From IMG/VR virus record IMGVR_UViG_3300017957_001843, positions 1 to 64,000 of that record: a stretch of 64,000 bases of DNA; one strand, given 5' to 3'. Below are positions 17,949 to 25,668 of the stretch, one piece after another. Every line of letters begins with the position of its first letter. Positions within the stretch are counted from its first letter, which is position 1. The notes under the pieces were generated by a model, which was not told the origin of the DNA, ran no database searches, and saw only the letters and a list, made by a program, of their open reading frames with translations. Made by a program: the position numbers and the translations under genes. The stretch comes from a virus.

Positions 17949-19341
17949 TGTATACCTCTTTGCAAGTCTCTAAAAAATTCTTATATAAAGGAAACGTATT
18001 TGTAAAGTTTAAATTACTGCGTTTATCATAATCTGTAAAAAATACATAAAAATCTCGTCTGCCTCGACTAATTAAATCTGAAGTAATCTTTTGAGATCCG
18101 TCATAAAAATAATCTCTTACTCTTTTAAATTTTTCGTATTCGTGCTGGCTAAATTTAAAGGTATCGCCACCATCACTTCTTAAATTTTTATTGATAAACT
18201 GTAAATCATCGTCTAAATATTTTCCAAATTCATTAGGTAAGATATTAATCATCCAATGTGGCGGCTCTTTAAGGTAAGGAGTATCAAAACCAAGCATTTG
18301 TCTATGATCGTTTTCTGTATTGTATTTTTGTCTTAGCTCTAGTATTTTTTCTAATAAAGGTCTAAAATATGCAACAGCAAGAACATTATATGTAATCATA
18401 ATACTTACAGGAGAATTTGTAGTTGTAATAAAGGTATCTAAATTTTTCTCCCAAAGTTTGCAATCAAGACCTCGACGCATATATTCTGCTTGTTCGCCCC
18501 AACTATCTATACTTGTATATAATCTAAATGATTTAATTTTATTTTCATCGAGGAGTTTTTTTACACGTTCGCTTAATCTTTTAACTTTGTTATGAGTTAC
18601 TCCTAAATTACTATTCATATTAATTTCTAATTCAGGTGCAGGTTCTCTATCTAACAAGTCTAACATTTTAAAAATATTAGAACTCATTAAAGGTTCTCCG
18701 CCTGTTAGTCTCAAAACTCTAAGATCATTTTTTAAATCAGGCCACCAATCCCAAAATGCAGTAACATATGGATTTTCTTCCTCATTTTGATAAAAATGTC
18801 CTTCTTTATCTAAAAATTCTATACCATACTGGTTATATGTTAAATCATAGTTACCGTGTTTTTTTATTTCGTCTACCCATAAACTACTAGCCTGAGGGCA
18901 ACAATAACCGCATTTAAAATTACAACCGTTACCAAAACTTAATTCTAAAAATCTAGGATTAATATTTTTATCCCACGGCATTGTTTTTATTAAATCAATA
19001 TCGTCCTTAACCCAAGAACTGGCACTATGAAACATTCTATCACTAAAATGTTCTCCTGGTAAATCTTCAATATTCCAACAGTAATAACATTCTTCAGGCC
19101 GGCCGCCTTCTAACATTGTCTTACGCTGCATTTTCTTATAGTTTGTATTGTGCAATGCACTAGGATCATTTAAAACTTCTTCAAGGGGAATATGATGAGG
19201 GCGCGGATGATAACAACTATGATTATCACCTGTTTGCAAGTATAATGTTTCGTTTAACCATTTCATTGCACAGAAGCCAGGGCCTACTTCATTTAGCTTG
19301 TCCCTTGTGCGCTTTACGTGATCCATATATCCGTCACTCAT
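17932..19341 (-). CDS. Radical SAM protein with N-terminal Twitch-like domain (HSCYHP variant)
   Basis: FCAMKW...HSCYHP...ECYYCW; core CNFKCGYC, TGGEPL, SIDSWG. Confidence 0.9.
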   Translation of the reverse strand: MSDGYMDHVKRTRDKLNEVGPGFCAMKWLNETLYLQTGDNHSCYHPRPHHIPLEEVLNDPSALHNTNYKKMQRKTMLEGGRPEECYYCWNIEDLPGEHFSDRMFHSASSWVKDDIDLIKTMPWDKNINPRFLELSFGNGCNFKCGYCCPQASSLWVDEIKKHGNYDLTYNQYGIEFLDKEGHFYQNEEENPYVTAFWDWWPDLKNDLRVLRLTGGEPLMSSNIFKMLDLLDREPAPELEINMNSNLGVTHNKVKRLSERVKKLLDENKIKSFRLYTSIDSWGEQAEYMRRGLDCKLWEKNLDTFITTTNSPVSIMITYNVLAVAYFRPLLEKILELRQKYNTENDHRQMLGFDTPYLKEPPHWMINILPNEFGKYLDDDLQFINKNLRSDGGDTFKFSQHEYEKFKRVRDYFYDGSQKITSDLISRGRRDFYVFFTDYDKRSNLNFTNTFPLYKNFLETCKEVYNEFKR

Positions 19342-20764
19342 TCGTTAACTCCTTGCATTCATTTATAAATTTTTCAAATGTAGGGAATACTACTTGTATA
19401 TTTGTATTCCTTCTCTTGTCGTGTTCTGTAAAATATAGATAAAAATTCTTTTTAGCGATATCTTCTAACGGTGGCGGCATCTTATCACAAGCCCAGTCAT
19501 ACAAACGTTTTACTCTATCAACTTCGAAATCTTTAAAACCTTTATATCTATTTTCTTTAGTTTCTTTATTTGCTTCCATAAACTCTATGCTATTTAATAA
19601 AGGCTGTAACATCTCTTTTGATGCTAACTTCATACTCATCCAGTTTGGATCGTGTAACATAGGAGTATCAAACCATATTAACTGTCTATTAGTATTAAAT
19701 TCTTGCCTCATTTTTAATATATTTTGAATATATACTTCCCAATTAGGCAAACTTAAAATATTAGCAGTAACTATAAATGTTAAACTATGCTTATCACTCT
19801 TATTAAGGTAGTCACATACATTTTTATACAATGTATTAAAATTCATTCCATTTCGAATGTATTCTGCTTGTTCTCCCCAACTATCTAAACTGCAATATAA
19901 CATAAAGTGCTCAATAGCATCTTTATCAGTAATTTCTTTTAGAGAAGTTAAAAACTTACTCCATTGTTCGCCTGGCGGGCAGCAATTACTTGTTATACTT
20001 AAATGTAATTGTTTGTGTGGGTTATTTTTTACATAATCAAACACCTTAAATGTATTTTTATCCATTAAAGGTTCACCGCCTGTCATACGAAATGTTTTTA
20101 ATTTAGAATATATTTCAGGAAACCATTTCCAAAATGCTTCTACATATGGATTATTCGGACTGTTATCTATTTTCAAACTGTCTACATAAGAAGGATGATT
20201 GTGTTCTTTGTCATATAATTTGTATGCGCCATATTTTTTTGTTTCTTTTAGCCATTCTGTTGATAACGAAGGGCTACAATATGCACATTTTAAATTACAA
20301 GCCTGATTAAAGTTTACTTCAACATATCTTGGTACAGGATTGCCTGTGGCTCCTTCCTTTAATGCTTCTTCAAATATTCCTTCTTCAATTACATCTAAAC
20401 TTCTATAAGCTCTATCACTAATATTACCTTGATCTTCTAATGCCCAACAGAATTCACATTCTTTAGGACGTTCTCCGTTTAGCATCTTTGCACGTTGTTC
20501 TTTTTTATGCTTTGTATTATGTAAAGCACTTGGATCTTGTTGCAATTCAGTTAAAGGTATATGGTGACTTAACGGATGATAACAACTATGTGTGCGGCCA
20601 GTAGGAATATGTATGCTTACATTAAACCATTTAGCAAGACAAAAGCTAGGACTTATATTATTAAGTTTATCTTCTAATAGTTTAATATCTTCAAAATATA
20701 CACTTTTGTATGCAGTACTAGTTGAATCTGTTTTTACCTTATCACCTTTTTGGTTATCGCTCAT
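19334..20764 (-). CDS. Radical SAM protein with N-terminal Twitch-like domain (tandem paralog of 17932..19341)
   Basis: FCLAKW...HSCYHP...ECEFCW; core CNLKCAYC, TGGEPL, SLDSWGEQAEY. Confidence 0.9.
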   Translation of the reverse strand: MSDNQKGDKVKTDSTSTAYKSVYFEDIKLLEDKLNNISPSFCLAKWFNVSIHIPTGRTHSCYHPLSHHIPLTELQQDPSALHNTKHKKEQRAKMLNGERPKECEFCWALEDQGNISDRAYRSLDVIEEGIFEEALKEGATGNPVPRYVEVNFNQACNLKCAYCSPSLSTEWLKETKKYGAYKLYDKEHNHPSYVDSLKIDNSPNNPYVEAFWKWFPEIYSKLKTFRMTGGEPLMDKNTFKVFDYVKNNPHKQLHLSITSNCCPPGEQWSKFLTSLKEITDKDAIEHFMLYCSLDSWGEQAEYIRNGMNFNTLYKNVCDYLNKSDKHSLTFIVTANILSLPNWEVYIQNILKMRQEFNTNRQLIWFDTPMLHDPNWMSMKLASKEMLQPLLNSIEFMEANKETKENRYKGFKDFEVDRVKRLYDWACDKMPPPLEDIAKKNFYLYFTEHDKRRNTNIQVVFPTFEKFINECKELTNE

Positions 20765-21681
20765 TCTTTTTCCAAAAATCTATCAGACATTCTCATAGGA
20801 TTTTGGTAAATTTCTTTAAAAAATTTACTCTGAGAACCGCTTAGTGGTATTTCTGCTATAGGAATGTCGAGTTTATCTATAAGCAAGGCACCTAATTTTT
20901 CTATTTCATCGTTTATATTTTCTTCCGTGATGTCTTTACTAATTTTATCCCAATGCTCATTTAAATATTCAAAATCACGTACATTTATATAATCCCAATC
21001 TGTACACATTGTTTTGTACAACCCTTCTCTTGCACCATAAACTGCCCATAATCCGTTTTCTACGTCAGCACCTACCATTAACCAGATATACAATCGGTGT
21101 AGGTTCTTCCAATGATTTTTGTAAAAGTCTTCTGGAGAAACACGCACACCTCTGTCCAGTGCCATTTTAACACCTTCACGAAAACCTGCTCTCCAGGCTT
21201 GATGAGGAGTTGCATTATTGTGTACATCACAATATACTCCTTCCATTTGTATATATTTTATATCCCAGCAAAAATCTACTTGTGCGTGTTGATTTCTAGG
21301 ATCAGCATTTTCGTGTGTTCTCATTCTAAGTACATAGTCTTTAGGCCAACATTTTAAACCGCCATTTCCATAAATTAATCCATTTATCATATTATTTCCG
21401 GCCCAGCTAATAACGCAGTTTGATAAATCTTCGTTTTCGTCAAAATCTATTGTTTGGTTTAGAAAATCTTGTCTAACAATATTGTCGCCGTCAACTGTAA
21501 TGAACCTATCTGTTTCACTAAGTTCTGCACACGCTTTATGTGCTGCATCCGAACCTTCTACACCGTGTACACGTTTAGCCCAAGGAACTTTACTACACAA
21601 GTCTGCATAGTTTTTTTCTGCGTTAGGTTCATCATATGAAAGATATATGATATCATAGTCTAATACTTTGAATTTTGTCAT
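20761..21681 (-). CDS. Glycosyltransferase (GT-A)-like protein, paralog of the C-terminal domain of 8360..9985
   Basis: YDIIYLSYDEPNA, KRVHGV, ITVDGD (DxD), YGNGGLKCWP, AGFREGVKM. Confidence 0.7.
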   Translation of the reverse strand: MTKFKVLDYDIIYLSYDEPNAEKNYADLCSKVPWAKRVHGVEGSDAAHKACAELSETDRFITVDGDNIVRQDFLNQTIDFDENEDLSNCVISWAGNNMINGLIYGNGGLKCWPKDYVLRMRTHENADPRNQHAQVDFCWDIKYIQMEGVYCDVHNNATPHQAWRAGFREGVKMALDRGVRVSPEDFYKNHWKNLHRLYIWLMVGADVENGLWAVYGAREGLYKTMCTDWDYINVRDFEYLNEHWDKISKDITEENINDEIEKLGALLIDKLDIPIAEIPLSGSQSKFFKEIYQNPMRMSDRFLEKE

Positions 21682-22295
21682 TGTCTCACTTCAAAATTAT
21701 ACTTGTCAAAATACTTAGCGGTATAAATGCTTACGTCAGTTGGATTTATATTACCATCTACTTGATCTGTAACATTTACCTTTTCTTCATACAGTAAAGA
21801 TTGATAACCAATCTTGATTGTGTTATGTAGAACATTAGGATCATTTTTGTCTGTAATACTAAAATTCATAACCAAATCAAATACAAATTTGCTCTCTAAT
21901 TCTAGCTGTTCTAATCTTTTATCTTGGTCTAAGTAAATATACCATTCATCTTTGTAATTGGATATTGTTAGATCAGCATCGGGAACATTTTGTGGTATAT
22001 TGTACAATCTATCTCTAACATTAGGAATCTTTATTTTTTCGATTTGATCTGTAACTTCTAATCTATTTTCAATAGGATTAAACGTAACTATAAAATCATC
22101 TAATCTACGCAGGCCTTTTTGAATGTCTTTAACATCGTCATAGTTTACATATATTGAATGATAACCAGGAGTTTCTTCTTCTTGATTGCATATTTTTATA
22201 ATTTTACCATTATCGGGATCAAAATAAACGTGCATACCAACATTACTTTTTGATACTTCTAAATTCTTAATAAACTTTTGTAGGTTGTTTATCAT
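21678..22295 (-). CDS. Hypothetical protein
   Basis: 205-aa ORF, translationally coupled (ATGA) on both sides. Confidence 0.75.
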   Translation of the reverse strand: MINNLQKFIKNLEVSKSNVGMHVYFDPDNGKIIKICNQEEETPGYHSIYVNYDDVKDIQKGLRRLDDFIVTFNPIENRLEVTDQIEKIKIPNVRDRLYNIPQNVPDADLTISNYKDEWYIYLDQDKRLEQLELESKFVFDLVMNFSITDKNDPNVLHNTIKIGYQSLLYEEKVNVTDQVDGNINPTDVSIYTAKYFDKYNFEVRQ

Positions 22296-23128
22296 TTTAT
22301 ATTCTCCATATATGTATTCAACATATAAGGTTTAACAAAATCTTTTTCTGTATAGTGCAAAATACCAGTCTGTTGGAAATTACCAATTTTTAACTGTCCT
22401 TTTTGATTCATATATACATCTACACAATCTTGCCAATTTGATTTTGGTTTAAGCCAATCTTGTATCTGAGACTTCATATGCACAAAATTAGGAAAACTAG
22501 CAACTTTATTTGTAATTTTGTCTTCACAATCTAGGATTATAGTTACAATTGCACTACAAACATCTATACTACACCAAGAAGGTCTGTTATCTTTTAGAAA
22601 AATTTCGTAAAATTTTTGCCAATTTTGAACTACAAATTCTAGCCACTTATAAAATTTGTGTGCAAAATCTCCTTTTTCAAAGTAATGAAAGCCACTATAT
22701 AAATTTGGTAGATTATTAGAAGTAAAAGTTTTCCTATAATAATCATTTTCTATTAGTGTTCCTCTATATGTATACACTTTGTTTGTAAAAAACATTTCGT
22801 AGTTATCAAGAAAATTCCACCAACTAGATATGTTTTGTAATATTAAAATATCAGTATCAAGAACAATAGTTTTATCGTAGGGCGACATATGGTAAATTTT
22901 CCATCGATTTTGAATTTTCCACTCAAAATCAACTGCATCATCGTTCCATATGATAGGAATAATATTGTCGAACAAATCTACATATTTTGCAGGTACAGCA
23001 TCATCTGTAATTATACTGATAAGCTCGTTAGGATTATGTTTTTTTAAACTTAGTGCTAATAAACAAGCCTGTTGAACATAATCAACTTTTTCGTTGTTTT
23101 GCGCAAGAACAACAATACCTTTAGTCAT
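22292..23128 (-). CDS. GT8-like glycosyltransferase
   Basis: QACLLALSLK, ISIITD, SPYDKTIVLDTD (DxD), YSGFHYF, FVHMK. Confidence 0.75.
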   Translation of the reverse strand: MTKGIVVLAQNNEKVDYVQQACLLALSLKKHNPNELISIITDDAVPAKYVDLFDNIIPIIWNDDAVDFEWKIQNRWKIYHMSPYDKTIVLDTDILILQNISSWWNFLDNYEMFFTNKVYTYRGTLIENDYYRKTFTSNNLPNLYSGFHYFEKGDFAHKFYKWLEFVVQNWQKFYEIFLKDNRPSWCSIDVCSAIVTIILDCEDKITNKVASFPNFVHMKSQIQDWLKPKSNWQDCVDVYMNQKGQLKIGNFQQTGILHYTEKDFVKPYMLNTYMENIK

Positions 23129-23972
23129 AGCCTACCTCGTCAATTATTCTATTAAGACTAAATTTGTTCATTACGTGTATACTTTGTCCTTTAGTACGCA
23201 AAGGAGTATATTCTCCAACATATTTGTCTTTTTCTACTAAAAAAATAAATTCAGTGTCATTTAGTTTCCATAAAATGTCTCTGTCTGTTGTATATAAATG
23301 TCTACCAGGAAGTTCAGAAATAAAACTACCTTTAGAAAATCCGTTCATTATATGTCCAGCAATGCTAAAAGCAAAATCATTTCTAAATAATGTGCTTGCT
23401 AGTTGATACACTGTACAATAATGATTCCAATTTTCCTGTATGTGTTTTATTAAATCAAAATATATTTTGTTCAATTTAGTTTTTCTAAAAAATACAACTG
23501 TTGCCCAATAAAAATCTATACTATAATCGCTTATATGATCAAACTCTCTTTCATCTCTTACTTTTGCTATGTCATCGGATTTTCTAAACATTTGTAAATC
23601 ATTTGGTGAATCAAAACAATTTGCAAGTAGACTATTAGAAATAATGTAGTCTGTGTCTAACAACAAAGTTTCTTCATATGGAGATAAGTCATATGCATCT
23701 ACTCTATAGTTATTTTTAAAATTTAATTTTTTGCTAGTAAGAGTGCCATCATAATAATCACGTTTGTTAGGTCCATCGTCTCGATAGTCTATTTTTATAA
23801 TATTATCAAAAGTATCTTCAGGAAACTGTTCTTCAAGATACAAGACACTGTCTGTAATAATACTTACAGGTATATTAAGATATTTTTTAATTCTATTTGC
23901 AAGGAAAACTGCCTGTTTTACATAATCAATAGTATCATTATTTCTTGCAATTAACAATGCCCCTTTAGTCAA
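23121..23972 (-). CDS. GT8-like glycosyltransferase (tandem paralog of 22292..23128)
   Basis: MTKGALLIARNN, VSIITD, SPYEETLLLDTD (DxD), RNDFAFSIA, IHVMNK. Confidence 0.75.
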   Translation of the reverse strand: MTKGALLIARNNDTIDYVKQAVFLANRIKKYLNIPVSIITDSVLYLEEQFPEDTFDNIIKIDYRDDGPNKRDYYDGTLTSKKLNFKNNYRVDAYDLSPYEETLLLDTDYIISNSLLANCFDSPNDLQMFRKSDDIAKVRDEREFDHISDYSIDFYWATVVFFRKTKLNKIYFDLIKHIQENWNHYCTVYQLASTLFRNDFAFSIAGHIMNGFSKGSFISELPGRHLYTTDRDILWKLNDTEFIFLVEKDKYVGEYTPLRTKGQSIHVMNKFSLNRIIDEVGYD

Positions 23973-24321
23973 TTTCTAAACCCACTAATCCTTCTACAGA
24001 TCTATTCTTTTTTAGATTTTGATATTCAACAAAATAGTTGTTAGATGCGCTAAAATATGTATCTAGTATTTCAGAATTGAATTCTTCAATATTATCTATT
24101 TGTAAAGGTATACTATTATCATCAACTAAAATTATTTCATCTTGCTTAAAAGCTATCATAGTACTACAAAAATTAATAAGTTCTTTAGTAACAGTAAACT
24201 GACATCCGTTGTAAAAGAAAATTAAATCTTCTAGATATTTCTCTTTCAGTAAACGCTTTTGGTTATTTAATGTAACCATATAGTTAGAAAATTCAATTGC
24301 TTTTTCTAATCTTTCGTCCAT
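23965..24321 (-). CDS. Hypothetical protein, first gene after the sigma70-type promoter
   Basis: 118-aa ORF with an AGGAG ribosome-binding site upstream. Confidence 0.75.
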   Translation of the reverse strand: MDERLEKAIEFSNYMVTLNNQKRLLKEKYLEDLIFFYNGCQFTVTKELINFCSTMIAFKQDEIILVDDNSIPLQIDNIEEFNSEILDTYFSASNNYFVEYQNLKKNRSVEGLVGLEID

Positions 24322-24346
24322 ATTGACACTCCTATAAGATTATAGT

Positions 24347-24375
24347 AGTATATAACAAAAAAATGCTTTTGTCAA
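24347..24375 (-). promoter_or_regulatory. Consensus sigma70-type promoter TTGACA-N17-TATACT
   Basis: Minus strand: TTGACA (24375-24370), 17-bp spacer, TATACT (24352-24347), then AGGAG and the ATG at 24321. Confidence 0.8.
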
Positions 24376-24386
24376 GAAAGATCTGA

Positions 24387-25106
24387 CTACAGATTTCTTT
24401 GGTGATCAGTAAACTTGTTACCTTGTGTGTCCTCGCCCCGCCAATACCTTTTTCCTACACCGTGAGGTTTTTGCGTGTCAGGACCGCCACGTTCTTTACC
24501 TGCGTTTATCATTTCTTGTTGCTCGTTTTTTACTTCTTCAATTGCATTATAATTTTCAGCAAGATCAATTTCAAAATTGTCTACAAAATATCTAGGTATT
24601 GGTAACACTGCACTGATTATATCACCTTTCTTGACATTTACTTTTACATTAGGAGTTAATATTTTTAAATTAAATGTAAAATCTCTGCGTAGATTGTCTG
24701 TTTCTACAACAGCAGTCATATTAGAAAGATTAGGTGTAAAATAATTAGGCGGATTAATCACCATTAAATTTATGCCTTTGGGTGTTTTGAAAGTGAATCT
24801 ATTTTGTACCGTAATCAACCCACTACCAAAATGCGCACTAATATGTTGTTTATCTGTACCTTCACTATCTATAATTACATCATTAGGAGCATCGCCGCCA
24901 TTCCAAATCGCACTAAAATTAGTTGTGCTTTTTATAGCAAATCCATACTGATTGCCTATTACTACTGGTAAACAATGTACTACGTGTTTATTGATCCAAT
25001 TTCTAGTTTTTTTGCCCTTGAGAGGTTCTACAATTTCTAAGTAATCGTTTTTATGTAAATCATTTTCTGGTACTATCAGTATTTTATTTTGAGGTACATT
25101 AATCAT
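24387..25106 (-). CDS. DUF6065-like protein
   Basis: HCLPVVIGNQYGF, HFGSGLIT, FKTPKGINL...PPN, VVETD, FTFNLK motifs. Confidence 0.65.
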   Translation of the reverse strand: MINVPQNKILIVPENDLHKNDYLEIVEPLKGKKTRNWINKHVVHCLPVVIGNQYGFAIKSTTNFSAIWNGGDAPNDVIIDSEGTDKQHISAHFGSGLITVQNRFTFKTPKGINLMVINPPNYFTPNLSNMTAVVETDNLRRDFTFNLKILTPNVKVNVKKGDIISAVLPIPRYFVDNFEIDLAENYNAIEEVKNEQQEMINAGKERGGPDTQKPHGVGKRYWRGEDTQGNKFTDHQRNL

Positions 25107-25626
25107 CTTTTGTTAAAAATAAAACTATTGTATATCTTTCTCCACTAGTAACTTCACTGACTCCGTGTAGATACTCTTTTGTTCCTTTGAACTGTACAAG
25201 AGTGCCCGGAACAGTCTTAGGTTCAATGTTTTGATTTGGAAAAAATATTTGTCCGCCTTTGTAATCGCTATTTAGATAGATCAAAACACTATAATGTCTA
25301 TTTGGATACGGATGCGGAGATCCGTCTAGATTTTCACAATCTGCGTGAGGTGGATCTAGTTTATCTCCTTTGCGCCACCTAACAATTTGACAAGTTTCTA
25401 CAAAACTTTTTTGTTTTTCATTTGCTTCTATCAATTTTACAATACGATCTTGGATATCTTTTATTTGTGCTAAAACATTTGGATTTGTTATTAAGTTGTA
25501 GTGTATAAATTTTTCACTCCAATGATCATTTGTAACAACCCAATCGGAAGTTGTTTTTGCATAGTTACAAATATCAGTGGTAGTTTGTTCGTCTAAAAAA
25601 TTATTGTCAATGTAAATATCCTGCAT
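25099..25626 (-). CDS. 2OG-Fe(II) oxygenase, prolyl 4-hydroxylase-like
   Basis: QIVRW, PPHAD (HxD), YSVLIYLNSDYKGGQIFFP, HGVSEVTSGERYT (distal His and 2OG-binding Arg). Confidence 0.85.
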   Translation of the reverse strand: MQDIYIDNNFLDEQTTTDICNYAKTTSDWVVTNDHWSEKFIHYNLITNPNVLAQIKDIQDRIVKLIEANEKQKSFVETCQIVRWRKGDKLDPPHADCENLDGSPHPYPNRHYSVLIYLNSDYKGGQIFFPNQNIEPKTVPGTLVQFKGTKEYLHGVSEVTSGERYTIVLFLTKDD

Positions 25627-25656
25627 ACATTATATATTAGTATATGCAGGATATTT
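25614..25656 (-). promoter_or_regulatory. Perfect 14-bp inverted repeat covering the start codon of the P4H-like gene
   Basis: AAATATCCTGCATA (25614-25627) and TATGCAGGATATTT (25643-25656), 15-nt loop. The ATG at 25626-25624 lies in the stem. Confidence 0.75.
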
Positions 25657-25668
25657 TATATAATTTGA

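Noticed and set aside
14369-20764. RiPP (ranthipeptide/sactipeptide) cluster interpretation of the SPASM/Twitch enzymes
   Set aside because: I found no short precursor ORF, PqqD/RRE domain, peptidase or exporter, and the neighbours are sugar-type enzymes. It is not excluded if a precursor lies outside the window.
1-25626. Bacterial chromosomal LPS/capsule locus
   Set aside because: It is contiguous and co-oriented with phage baseplate genes, shares TAAATA motifs with them, and lacks wzx/wzy/ABC transporter-type membrane proteins.
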